Below are positions 26,401 to 39,437 of a stretch of DNA of 64,000 bases, in pieces. Position 1 is the first letter of the stretch, and each line of letters opens with the position of its first letter. The stretch lies in assembly GCF_018350175.1 (NCBI RefSeq), contig NC_058368.1, forward strand, positions 84,756,001 to 84,820,000. Reading direction: 5' to 3'. Under the pieces are notes generated by a model, which did no database searches, was not told where the DNA came from, and saw only the letters and a program-made list of their open reading frames with translations. The position numbers were made by a program, and so were the translations under genes. The stretch is from Felis catus (Eukaryota).

Positions 26401-28577
26401 ATTCTCCCCTCATACTCCTGGGGTTTTTTTATCTCTCTTTTTCTCAGCTTTCTCTTTTTCCATAATTTTATCTTCTAATTGACCTATTCTCCCCTCTCCT
26501 CTTCAATCCGTGCTATGGCTGCCTCCATTTTATTTTGCTCCTCATTTATAGCATTTTTTAAACTCCTCTTGACAATTTCTTAATCCCTTGATCTCTGTAG
26601 CAATAGATTTTCTGCTGTCCTCTATGCTTTTCTCAAGCCTAGCAATTAATTTTATGACTATTATTCTAAATTCGTATTCCATTATATTGCTTAAATAATT
26701 TTTTGATCAATTCATTAGCTGTCATTACTTCCTGTAGTTTCTTTTGAGGAGAATTCTTCTATTTCATCATTTTGGCTAGTCCCTACAGTGGCTCCAATCC
26801 GCAGGGCACGTCCCCTGTGTTGTCAGGTGTAACTTGGTAGGCAGGGCCACAGTCAGACCCCTAAGGTTCCAAACTTTTGGAACCAAGAACAGGCAATCCT
26901 AATAGGAAAGCATACTGCAGTTCAGGCCAATATCATGAAGCAAGAAAGGTCTCAAACGCACAACCTAGCCTTACACCTAAAGAAACTATAGAATGTACAG
27001 CAAATAAATTCTAAAGCCAGAAAAATCAGGGAAATAATAAACATTAAAGAAGAAATGTTACAATATAGGAGAAAAAAAACAGTAGGACAGATCAACAAAA
27101 CTAAAAGCAGGTTTTGTGAAAGAATTAAGAAAAGTTTTAAACACCTACCCGGATTTATTGAAAACAAAAGAGAAAGGAACCGACCGGTCAAAATAATGAA
27201 TTAAAGAGGAGAGATCACAACAAATACCACAGAAATAACAACAATAATAAGAGAATACTATGAAAAATTATATCCCCACAAAATAGGCAATCTAGAAGAA
27301 ATGGACAAATTACTAGAAACTAATACCAAACTGCCAAACTGACGTAGGGAAAATTTGAAAAGACCCATAACCGGAAAGGAAATTGAATCAATAATAAAAA
27401 ATCTCCCAATGAATAAGAGTTCTGGGCCAGATGGCTTTCCAAAGGAATTCTACCAGACATTTGAAGAATAGTTACTATCTATACATCCCAAACTGTTCAA
27501 AAAAAAAATGGAAATAGAAGAAAAACTTCCAAACTCAATCTGCAAAGCCACCATTTTCTTCATTCCAAAATGAAAGGCCTTCTAAAAAGAATAATTACCA
27601 GTGAATATCCTTGAAGAATATTGGTGCAAAAATCCTCAACAAGATACTAGCAAATCAAATTCAACAGTACATTACAAAATTATTCACCATCATCATTGGG
27701 ATTTACTCATGGACTGCTGAGCTGGTTAAATATTTGCAAATCAATAAATGTGATACAAAGAATTAATAAATGAATGGATAAGAACCATATGATCCTGTCA
27801 ATAGATTCAGAAAAAGCAATTGACAAACATACAACATCCATTCTTCATACAAACCCTGAACAAAATAAGGGTAGAAGAAACATACCTCAAAAGCATAAAA
27901 GCCTTATAACAAAGAACCACAGCAATTATCATCCTCAAGGGGGAAAAACTGAGAGCCATTCCACTATGCTGAGGAAAAAGACAAAGATGTCCATCATTGG
28001 CATTACTATTTAACATAGTACTGGAAGTATTAGTCCTAGTAAACAGATAACAATGAATGAATGAATGAATGAATGAATGAATAAAGGCATAAAGATCAGC
28101 AAGAAAGAAGTCAAACTTTCACTGTTGCAGATGACATAATACTCTATGTAGAAAATTTGAAAGACTACTAAATATTGCTAGAACTAATACCTGAATTCAG
28201 CAAAGTCACAGCATATAAAACCAATGTGCAGAAATTTGTTGTATTTCTACACACCTATAATGAAGTAAAAAAAAAAAGAAATAGGGGAATCAATCACATT
28301 TAAAACTGCACAAAAAACAATAAGATACATTGGAATAAACCTAACATTGGAATAAAACTAATAAATCCATGCTTATGGATTGGAAGAACAAACATTGTTA
28401 AAATGTCTATACTACCCAAAGCAACCTACACATTTAATGCAATTCTTATAAAAATACCACTATAATTCTTCATAAAGCTAGAACAAACAATCCTAAAATT
28501 TGTATGGAACTTCAAAAGGCCCTGAATAGCCAAAGTAATCTTGAAAAAGAAAACTAAAGCATCATAATTCCATATTT

Positions 28578-28632
28578 TCTATTAAATATAATTTATTATC
28601 AAATTGGTTTCTGTATAACACCCAGTGCTCAC
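28578..28632 (-). mobile_element. Very short (about 55 bp) 5'-truncated L1 3' end
   Basis: aatttattatcaaattggtttc...aacacccagtgctc matches the young L1 3' terminus; TSD aattccatattt at 28566 and 28633. Confidence 0.85.
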
Positions 28633-29702
28633 AATTCCATATTTCAAGTTATATCACAAAGGTGTTGTTATCAAGACAGTATGGTGCTGGCACAAAAATA
28701 CACGCATAGATCAATGAAAAGGAATAGAAAACCCAAAAGTGAACCCACAACTCTATGGTCAATTAATCTTTGACAAAGTCAGAAATAGTATGTAATGGTA
28801 AAAAAATATCAAAAGTGGTGCTGGGAAAATTGGACCACAAAACATGCAGAACAATGAAACTAAACCACTTCCTTGCTACATACACAAAACTAAATGCAAA
28901 ATGGATGAAAGACCTAAAGTGAGGCAGGGAACCATAAAAATCCTTGAGAACACAAGCAGGAACCCCTTTGACCTCGGCCATACCAACTTCCTACTAGACA
29001 TGTCCTTGAAGGTAAACGAGGCAAAAGCAAAAATGAACTATTGGGACTTCACCAAGATAAAAGCTTTTTCAAATCACAGGAAACAAGTCAACAAAACTAA
29101 AAGGTAGTCTACAGAATGGGAGGCAATATTTTTGAACAACATGTGATAAAGGGTTAGTATCCAAAAAAAATAACTTATCAAACTCAACACTCAAAAAACA
29201 TGCAGTCCAGCTCATAAATGAGCAGAAGTTGTTAATAGGCAGTTTTCCAATGAAGACGTAGAGATGGCTAATAAACAAATGTAAAGATGGTCAATGTCAC
29301 TCCTCATAAGGGAGATGCAAATCAAAAGTACCTTGACATTTCACCTCACACCTGTCAGAATGGCTAAAATTAGCAACACAAGTAAGAACACGTGTTGGCA
29401 GGGTACAGAGAAACGGGAACCCTCTTGAGTGTTTCTGGGAATACAAACTGCTGTGGCCACTCAGGAGAGCAGTATGGAGATTCCTAAAAACAGTAAAAGC
29501 TAAACTAAGCTAAACTAAGAACAGAATTACCCTATGATCCAGTAATTGTACTGTTAAATATTTACCCAAAGAATTAAAAAATGAAGATTGGAAGAGGTAC
29601 AAGCACCCTGATGTTTATAGCAATATAATCAACAGTAACCAAACTATGGAGAGAGCACAAATATCCTTCCACTGAGGAATGGATAAAGACGAAGTGAGGT
29701 GT

Positions 29703-29742
<40 letters not shown>

Positions 29743-30042
29743 GGGATATTACTCAGCCATCAAAAATAATGAAATCTTACCATTTGCAATGATGTGGATT
29801 GAGATAGAATGCATTATGCAAGCAAAATAAGCCAGCCACAGAAAGGTAAACACAATATGATTTTACTCATATGTAGAATTTATAAAAGAAAACAGATGAA
29901 CACATTGGAAGGAGGAAATATAAGAGAAGGAAACAAACCACAAACTATTATTATTCTTAATAATAGATAAGAAACTGAGGCTGATGGAAGGAGGTTGGTG
30001 GGAGTAGAGATATGGGTGATGGGTATTAAAAAGGGCATTTGT

Positions 30043-30264
30043 TTTTTTTTTAATTTTTTTTCAACATTTATTTATTTTTGGGACAGAGAGAGACAGAGCA
30101 TGAACGGGGGAGGGGCAGAGAGAGAGGGAGACACAGAATCGGAAACAGGCTCCAGGCTCCGAGCCATCAGCCCAGAGCCCGACGCGGGGCTCGAACTCAC
30201 GGACCACGAGATCGTGACCTGGCTGAAGTCGGACGCTTAACCGACTGCGCCACCCAGGCGCCCC
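30043..30264 (-). mobile_element. Young felid CanSINE
   Basis: Perfect 16-bp TSD taaaaagggcatttgt at 30027-30042 and 30265-30280. Confidence 0.97.
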
Positions 30265-32552
30265 TAAAAAGGGCATTTGTGAGGAGCACTGGGTGTTGTT
30301 ACATATGACATAGTGTTGAATTACACTCTTATTCCTGAAATCAATATTGCATTCTATGTTAACTAAAATTTAAATGTTAAAAAATAATAGCAAATAAAAT
30401 AAATAAATGAATAAATACATATAAAAAATCCTAGTATAAATTGAAGAAAAAAGAAAATGAAAAATAAAACACCCAAAAGCACTGACTCAGAAAACATGAG
30501 AGGTGATTTTTGCAAATTTTTATATGCAGTGGAGCTCAAATTCTGGTTTTAGAAGTCTGTGCCATTGCTGGGTTTCACACTGGCAAGCATAGTTGTACAC
30601 CTGAGTAGGAAAGCAGTTTCCCAGGAGCAGACAACATGTTTTGAGGATCCCCTGAATCACATTAGAAGAAAATTCCCCTTCCTGGAGTGCATTTGTGAGA
30701 GATGGCACTGCTTGTCAAGGGATAAAAGAGCCGTTTGGTGCCATTAAGCTGCTTCTTTCTTTAGCATAGGCACAGAATGGCATACTGAGGGCAGCTAACC
30801 TGGATTCTGGCTTTTTGCTGAACTTTATCATGAGCCCCAAGCCCCTGCAATCATGCCACTGTCCACTGGGGACAAACTGGCACTAGCCTCAGTGCAGTGA
30901 GAACTACCTCCTGCCAGAAGATCAATGTGGTTCTGACTCATGCCAGGTCTTTAAAATGTGGAGTTTTGAAACCCAGCTGGTGTACCTGAGATAAAATATG
31001 GAGCACTGTTTCACCAGATGCTCAGATGGTTCAGACACAGGGTGAAGGTAGGGATCTGAAAGAAACCTGGGCCACACGAGGGGAGACTGACCCTTCTGTG
31101 AGAGCTTTCTAAATAGCAATGGCAGGAACTTCCCTCTCTTGGGACTGACTCCATTTTTATGCCCTGCAAATCAGCATAAACTGACTTCAGTGAGCAACAC
31201 TGCACCCACAGTGGATGCTAGATCTGCTTAAACCAACCCTACCCCTCTGCATTCTGAAGGTGCTTTTTTATGAGGGCAAGTGTGTCTGAGATCCAGAGCA
31301 GCACTGGGCCCCTTCCTCAGAAAGCCAGCACAAATACCCATGTTGCACCAAGTATGCTGACTATTAACTGCTGCAAATCTTCAGATCTAGTGGATATTGG
31401 ATCTAGCCTTTTTTTAACAAACAGGCCAAAGCACATCACATTAAAATTTGCCACACACTGGACAAGGCCCAAGAAGTCACCACTATATGCAAAGGGAAAC
31501 TGTGCAGAGGACCGACCTGAAGGAAAGAGCAGCCAAAACACAATAGCAGAGTGCACACAGCATACACCAGAAACACTTCTTGAAATACCAGGCCATTGGT
31601 GAGTATATGACATTTCTTAATATAGCCATTACTCTCAGGAGCAAGAGGCAAAACAAGATTTCCTAATACAGAGAAAACAGACACTTGCAAACAATGACAA
31701 GATAGAGGAATTTATCCCAGTAAAAAGAACAGAAGAGTTAATGGCCAGAGGATTAATCAAAATAGAGGTAAGTAAAATGTCTGAAATAGAGTTTAAAACA
31801 ATAATCATAAGGATACTAGCTGGGCTTAAGAAAAACATAGAAGACACAAGGGAGTTCAGAGATAAAAGACCTAAAAACTAGTCAGTGTAAAATAAACAAT
31901 GCTACAACTAAGATATGAAACCAACTAGTGGTAATGACCACAAGGCTGGAAGAATCAGAGGAATGAGTAAGTAATATAGAAGATAAAATTATGGAAAATA
32001 ATAAAACTGGAAAGTGGAAAAGAAAAATCTTGGATCACAAATGTAGGCTTAGGGAACTCAGCAACTCCATAAAGCATGATAACATTCATACAATAGGAAT
32101 CCTAGAAGAAGATGGGGGAAAGGGGGAAAGTACTATTTGAGCAAATTATAGCTGAAAACTTCCCTAATCTGAGGAAGGAAACTAACATCCAAATCCAGGA
32201 TGCACAAATAACTCCCATCTGCATCAACAATACCAGGCCAATACCAAGACATGTCATAATAAAATTTTCAAAATACAGAAATGGAGAAAACATCCTGAGA
32301 GCAGGAAGGAAATAGAAATCCCCTTCCAAAGAAAGACCCATAATGCTAGCTTCAGACTTAACAGTAGAAACTTGGTAGGCCAGAAGGGAATGGCATGATA
32401 TATTCAATGAACTGAATCATAAAAATATGCAGCCAGTAGTACTGTATCCAGCAATGCTATTATTCATAATAGATGGAGAGATGTAGAGTTTCCCAGACAA
32501 ACAAAATCCAAAGCATTTCATTACCATTGAACTAGACCTGCAAGTCATTTTA

Positions 32553-33292
32553 TTTTATTTTATTTTATTTTTATATGAAATTTATTGACAAATTGGTTTC
32601 CATACAACACCCAGTGCTCATCCCAAAAGGTGCCCTCCTCAATACCCATCACCCACCCTCTCCTCCCTCCCACGCCCACACTCTTCCAAAACTCAATCAG
32701 GAGGAAATAGAAAGCTTGAACAGACCCATAACCAGCAAAGAAATTGAATCGGTTATCAAAAATCTCCCAACAAATAAGAGTCCAGGACCAGATGGCTTCC
32801 CAGGGGAGTTCTACCAGACGTTTAAAGCAGAGATAATACCTATCCTTCTCAAGCTATTCCAAGAAATAGAAAGGGAAGGAAAACTTCCAGACTCATTCTA
32901 TGAAGCCAGTATTACTTTGATTCCTAAACCAGACAGAGACCCAGTAAAAAAAGAGAACTACAGGCCAATATCCCTGATGAATATGGATGCAAAAATTCTC
33001 AATAAGATACTAGCAAATCGAATTCAACGGCATATAAAAAGAATTATTCACCATGATCAAGTGGGATTCATTCCTGGGATGCAGGGCTGGTTCAACATTT
33101 GCAAATCAATCAACGGGATACATCACATTAACAAAAAAAAAAAAAAAAGAGAAGAACCATATGATCCTGTCAATCGATGCAGAAAAGGCCTTTGACAAAA
33201 TCCAGCACCCTTTCTTAATAAAAACCCTTGAGAAAGTTGGGATAGAAGGAACATACTTAAAGATCATAAAAGCCATTTATGAAAAGCCCACT
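32553..33292 (-). mobile_element. Young L1 with a 5' inversion (twin-priming structure)
   Basis: A (TTTTA)n tail and about 100 bp of antisense 3'UTR are joined at about 32673 to a + strand ORF2 segment (HTLPKL...IYEKPT). TSD tgcaagtcatttta at 32539 and 33293. Confidence 0.92.
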
Positions 33293-33350
33293 TGCAAGTC
33301 ATTTTAAAAGGGACTTTTTGAGTGGGAAACAAAGACAAAACAACAAAGCC

Positions 33351-33394
<44 letters not shown>

Positions 33395-33415
33395 AAAGAA
33401 AAGAAAGAAAAGAAA
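33351..33415. repeat. (GAAA)n tetranucleotide repeat in the L1 inter-ORF spacer
   Basis: Direct reading. Confidence 0.9.
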
Positions 33416-33554
33416 CCTTCAGAAACAACAAAGTTACAGGTAATACAATAGCACTAAATTCATATCTATAAATAATCGCTCTGTATGTAAATGAACTAAG
33501 TGCTCCAATCAAAAGATACAGGATATCAGAATGTATTAAAAAAAATAGAGACTC

Positions 33555-33791
33555 GGGGCACCTGGGTGGCTCAGTTGGTTGAGCGTCCGACTTGGGCTCA
33601 GGTCATGAACTCACAGTTCGTGAGTTGGAGCCCTGCGTGGGGCTCTGTGCTAAGCCTGGAGCCTGCTTCAGATTCTGTCTCCCTCTCTCTCTGCCCCATC
33701 CCCATTCATGCTCTGTCTCTCTCTGTCTTAAAAATAAATAAAACATTAAAAAAGTAATGACCTGACACCGAATTAGCATTAAAATATATTT
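33555..33791 (+). mobile_element. CanSINE with an extra 38-nt 3' segment
   Basis: ggggcacctgggtggctcag head; TSD aaaaaatagagactc ending at 33554 and 33807. Confidence 0.92.
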
Positions 33792-36700
33792 AAAAAAATA
33801 GAGACTCATATATATGCTGCCTACAAGAGACTCACTTTACACCTAAAGATACTTAAAGTCTAAAAGTGATGGGGTGGAGAATGATTTATTTTGCTAATGG
33901 GTACAGAAAGAAAGCTGTAGTTGCCATACTTATATTAGACAAAGTAGATTTCAAACCAAGGACAGTAAAAACAGATGAAGAAGAGCACTATATGAAAGAC
34001 AGAGGACTATACAACAAGATCTAGCAATTGTAAATATTTATGGCCCCAACCTGAACACCCACAACACATAAAACAATTAGTAACAGGTGGAGGAGCCAAG
34101 ATGGCAGAACAACATGGAAGTTTTTTGTGTGTCTAGCGTCCATGAAATACAACCAGACCAACACTAAACCATCCTTCACACCTAGAAAACTGTTTGGAGG
34201 ATTAACATTCTACACAACCCGAACCACAGAATTCATCAGGTACACAGCATGGAGAGGTGAATTTGGGGAACAAGAAGCCGCAAAAGGTAGGGAACTGCTT
34301 TTGCAGGTGGAGAGAGGACAGAGACTGGGGAGGGGGGTGAGAATACAGGAAAAGCACCCCTCCCCAAAAGCAGCTGGAGAGAAAGTGGAAAATTGGAAAC
34401 AACCACAGGGACTAAACTAAAAAAGGAGAAAGGATAAAGGAGAAAGGGGAGGGTTTAAATTCCATTAAGACTGAAAACAAGGGGAGCGCAAAGGCTGCAA
34501 CTCCACAGTTTGATATCTGGTGGTGCTCTGGTGGGAAAAGCGAATCCCCAGGAACAGAGTGGGGTCTGGGACTTTCTCGGGCCCACGGGGAAAAGCTGTT
34601 CCACTGCTGTACAACAATCCACCCCAGTAGGCTAGCAGCGCCATCTAGTGGAGAGCAAAACTATTACACTGAGCCCTGCCCAACTGGGCCAACTTTGCTC
34701 TTCAAGACCACAAGTCTTACCTCTGGACTGGTTTATGGACTATAAAGAGCTACATAGACTGACTTCTAGGGGAAAACAAATCAATATCAGTCTTACTTCA
34801 ATCTGTTAAGCAGGTTCATCTATTCAATGTTCTTTCTTTTTTTTCTCTTTTACAATTCTTTTTCTTGAATACAGAAAGATAAAAAAATCATTTTTATTTT
34901 CAATTTTTATTAAAAATATTTTCTTTAATTTTTATTACTATATTTTTTACTTTTGTGTAATTTTTTTTCAAATTATATTTTACTTCCATCATTTTATTTT
35001 AGTCTACTACAGTGTATTCACTTTTTCAAATTTCATACGATTTCCTTTTTTCTTTTTTTTTCTTTTTCATTTCCGTTCTTTTTCTTAAATACATAAAAAT
35101 CATAATTATCTTTAATTTTTATTAAAAATATTTTTCTTTAATTTTTTACTATATTCTTTACTTTCGTGTATATTTTTTCAAATTCTATTTTACCCCCATC
35201 ATCTCATTTTAGTCTATTTCAGTGTATTCATTTTTTCAAATTCTCAAACTATTTCCTTTTATTTCCCTCCCGACCCTTTTATTCCCTCTAATCTGTTAAA
35301 CCACTTTCGTCACCCAGATGAAAACACACCTAGGATCTAGCATCATCTATTCGATTGTTTGTGGGTGTGTTTTTAATTTTTAATTTTAATATTTTTAATT
35401 TTATGTTCTTTTATTTCAATTTTTCTATTCATTAATTCATTTTCTCTGGAAGAAAAGTTCCTTTTCATCTGGAAGAAATGGACAAATTCCTAGAAACATA
35501 TGCACTACCAAAAGTGAAACAAGAAGAAATAGAAAATTTGAGCAGACCCATAACCAGTAAGGAAACAGAATTAGTAATAAAAAATCTGCCAAAAAACTAG
35601 AGTCCAGGGTCAGATGGCTTTCCAGGCGAATTCTACAAAACATTTAAGAAAGAGTTAATACCTATTCTCTTGAAGCTGTTCCAAAAAATAGAAATGGAAG
35701 GAAAACTTACAAATTCTTCCTATGAAGCCAACATTACCTTGATTCCAAAACCAGACAGATACCACACTAAAAAAGGAGAACTATAGACCAATTTCCCTGA
35801 TGAACATGGATGCAAAAATCCTCAACAAGATATTAGCCAACCGAATGCAACAATACATTAAGACAATTATTCACCACGACCAAGTGGGATTTATACCTGG
35901 GATGCAGGGCTGGTTCAATATCTGCAAAACAATGAACGTGATTCATCACATCGATAAAAAAAAGGACAAGAACCATATGATCCTCTCAATAGATGCAGAG
36001 AAAGCAGTTGACAAAATACAGCATCCTTTCTTGAAAAAAAAAAAAAACTCAAGAAAGTAGGGATAGAAGGATCATACCTCCAGATCATTAAAGCCATATA
36101 TTAAACACACAATGCTAATATTATCCTCAATGGGGAAAAACTGAGAGCTTTCCCCCTAAGGTCAGGAACAAGACAGGGATGTCCACTCTCTCCACTCTTA
36201 TTCAACACAGTATTGGAAGTCTTAGCCTCTGCAATCAGACAACACAAAGAAATAACAGGCATACAAATCAACCAGGGGGAGGTCAAATTTTCACTCTTTG
36301 CAGATGACATGATACTCTATATGGAAAACGCAAAAACTTCCACCAAAGAACTGCTAGAATTGTTTCATGAATTCAGCAAAGTTGCAGGATGTAAAAATCA
36401 ATGCACAGAAATTGGTTGCATTCCTATACACCAATAATGAAGCAACAGGAAGAGAAATCAAGGAATCAGTCCCATTTACAGTTGCACCAAACATCATAAA
36501 ATACCTAGGAATAAATCTAACCAAAGAGGTGAAAAATCTATACACTGAAAACTATAGAAAACTTATGAAAGAAATTGAAGAAGACACAAAAAATGGAAAA
36601 AAAAAAGGTTCCATGCTCCTAGATAGGAAGAACAAATATTGTTAAAATGTCGATATTACCCCAAGCAATCCACACATTCAATGCAATCCCTATCAAAGTA

Positions 36701-37286
36701 ACACCAGCATTCTTCACAGAGCTAGAACAAACAATCCTAAAATTTGTATGGAACGAGAAAAGGCCCCAAATAGCCAAAGCAATCTTGAAAAAGAAAGCCA
36801 AAGCAGGAGGCATCACAATCCCAGACTTCAAGCTATACTGCAAAGCTGTAATCATCAAGACAATATGGTACTGGCACAAAAACAGACAGATCAATGGAAC
36901 AGTATAGAGAACCCAGAAATGGACCCAAAAACGTATGGCCAGCTAATCTTTGACAAAGCAGGAAAGAACATCCAATGGAAGAAAGACAGCCTCTTCAGCA
37001 AGTGGTGCTGGAAAAATTGGACAGCGACATGCACAAGAATGGACCTGGACCGCCTTCTTACACCATACACAAAAATAAACTCAAAATGGATGAAAAACTT
37101 CAATGTAAGACAGGAAGCCATCAAAATCCTCGAGGAGAAAGCAAGCAAAAACCTCTGATCTTGCCCGCAGCAACTTCTTACTCAACATGTCTCTGGAGGC
37201 AAGGGAAACAAAAGCAAAAATAAACTGCTGGGGCCTCATCAAAATAAAAAGCTTCTTCACAGCAAAGGAAACAATCAGCAAAACTA

Positions 37287-39437
37287 TAGAAAGATATGGG
37301 TTTAGAGTCATTGTGATGTCTGTATGTTTTATGCTTGTAGTGATGTCTCTGCGACTTTGTCTCACAGGGTCCCCCTTAGGATCTCTTGTAGGGCTGGTTT
37401 AGTGGTGACAAATTCCTTCAGTTTTTGTTTGTTTGGGAAGACCTTTATCTCTCCTTCTATTCTAAATGACAGACTTGCTGGATAAAGGATTCTCGGCTGC
37501 ATATTTTTTCTGTCTAGCACCCTGAAAATCTCGTGCCAATTCTTTCTGGCCTGCCAAGTTTCAAAAGAGAGATCAGTCACGAGTCTTATAGGTCTCCCTT
37601 TATATGTGAGGGCACGTTTACCCCTTGCTGCTTTCAGAATTATCTCTTTATCCTTGTATTTTGCCAGTTTCACTATGATATGTCATGCAGATCGATTCAA
37701 GTTACGTCTGAAGGGAGTTCTCTGTGCCTCTTGGATTTCAATGCCTTTTTCCTTCCCCAGTTCAGGGAAGTTCTCAGCTATTATTTCTTCAAGTACCCCT
37801 TCAGCACCTTTCCCTCTCTCTTCCTCCTCTGGGATACCAATTATGCGTATATTATTTCTTTTTAGTGTGTCACTTAGTTCTCTAATTTTCCTCTCATACT
37901 CCTGAATTTTTTTATCTCTCTTTTTCTCAGCTTCCTCTTTTTCCATAACTTTATCTTCTAGTTCACCTATTCTCTCCTCTGCCTCTTCAAGCCGAGCTGT
38001 GGTGGTTTCCATTTTGTTATGCATTTCATTTAAAGCGTTTTTCAGCTCCTTGTGACTGTTCCTTAGTCCCTTGATCTCTGTAGCAAGAGATTCTCTGCTG
38101 TCCTGTATACTGTTTTCAAGCCCAGCGATTAATTTTATGACTATTCTTCTTTTTTTAATTTAATTTTATTTTTTTAATTTTTTTTCAATGTTTTTATTTA
38201 TTTTTGGGACAGAGAGAGACAGAGTATGAACGGGGGAGGGGCAGAGAGAGAGGGAGACACAGAATCAGAAACAGGCTCCAGGCTCTGAGCCATCAGCCCA
38301 GAGCCTGACGCGGGGCTCGAACTCACAGACCGCGAGATCGTGACCTGGCTGAAGTCGGACGCTTAACTGACTGCGCCACCCAGGCGCCCCTATGACTATT
38401 ATTCTAAATTCACTTTCTGTTATATTATTTAAATCCTTTTTGATCAGCTCATTAGCTGTTGTTATTTCCTGGAGATTCTTTTGAGGGGAATTCTTCCGTT
38501 TGGTCCTTTTGGATAGTCCCTGGCATGGTGAGGACCTGCAGGGCACTTCCCCTGTGCTGTGGTGTATAACTGGAGTTGGTGGGCGGGGCCGCAGTCAGAC
38601 CTGATGTCTGCCCCCACCCCACCGCTGGGGCCACAGTCAGACTGGTGTGTGCCTTCTCTTCCCCTCTCCTAGGGGCGGGATTCACTGTGGGGTGGTGTGG
38701 CCCATCTGGGCTACTTGCACACTGCCAGGCTTGTGATGCTGGGGATCTGGCGTATTAGCTGGGGTGGGTAGGCAAGGTGCACGGGGGCAGGAGGGGCAGG
38801 CTTAGATCGCTTCTCCTTAGGTGATCCACTTCAGGAGGGGCCCTGTGGCAGCTGGAGGGAGTCAGATCCGCTGCCGGAGGTTTGGCTCCGCAGAAGCACA
38901 GAGTTGGGTGTTTGCGTGGAGGGAGCAAGTTCCCTGGCAGGAACTGGTTCTCTTTGGGATTTTGGCTGGGGGATGGGCGGGGGAGATGGCGCTGGTGAGC
39001 GCCTTTGTTCCCCACCAAACTGAGCTCTGTTGTCAGGGGGCTCAGCAGCTCTCCCTCCCTTTGTCCTCCAGCCTTCCCGCTTTTGGAGCAGAGCTGTTAA
39101 CTTATGACCTCCCAGACACTAAGTCGCGCTTGTTGTGGGAACACAGTCCGTCAGGCCCCTCCGCTTTTGCAAGCCAGACTTGGGGGCTCTGCTTGGCCTG
39201 CAAGCCGCCCCTCTGCCCCGGCTCCCTCCCGCCAGTCCGTGGAGCCCGCACCGCCTCGCCGCCCTTCCTACCCTCTTCCGTGGGCCTCTCGTCTGCGTTT
39301 GGCTCCAGCGACTCCGTTCTGCTAATCCTCTGGCGGTTTTCTGGGTTATTTAGGCAGGTGTAGGTGGAATCTAAGTGATCAGCAGGACGCGCGGTGAGCC
39401 CAGCGTCCTCCTACACTGCCATCTTCTCTTCTCCTCC
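37287..39437 (-). mobile_element. Young L1 5' half (complete 5'UTR, ORF1, first bases of ORF2), no poly(A), perfect 17-bp TSD
   Basis: Nearly identical to 58928-60824. aacaatcagcaaaacta lies at 37270-37286 and 39438-39454. Confidence 0.95.
38146..38390 (-). mobile_element. Young felid CanSINE disrupting ORF1 of the nested L1
   Basis: TSD tatgactatt; ORF1 resumes on both sides. Confidence 0.96.

Larger units (their letters stand above)
22436..26860 (-). mobile_element. Felid L1, truncated within the 5'UTR, with a deletion of about 1.1 kb covering the RT region and two SINE insertions
   Basis: Collinear with 54893-59990 except for a jump at 24520-24526. ORF1 and ORF2 peptide fragments are on the minus strand. 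Confidence 0.93.
26865..30428 (+). mobile_element. 5'-truncated, decayed L1 (ORF2 from the post-EN region through the 3'UTR and A-tail)
   Basis: [16 protein letters not shown] and AKMNYWDFTKIK fragments; 3'UTR and AATAAA-rich tail at about 30370-30428. Contains (ATGA)n at about 28053 and (CA)n at about 29704. Confidence 0.9.
30530..34085 (+). mobile_element. Older L1 5' part (5'UTR, ORF1 about 31694-33320, start of the ORF2 endonuclease); host to three later insertions
   Basis: FEQIIAENFPNLRKETNIQIQDAQ is ORF1. EN-like sequence runs 33450-34085. Confidence 0.85.

Noticed and set aside
33555..33630. tRNA genes
   Set aside because: The tRNA-like A/B-box sequences are SINE heads followed by SINE bodies and tails.
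38755..39363. ORFs in L1 5'UTRs (also 60144-60741) as an ORF0-like protein
   Set aside because: Most open at non-ATG starts, and their lengths differ between the two sister copies (180 versus 127 aa). GC-rich DNA is stop-poor, so there is no positive evidence.
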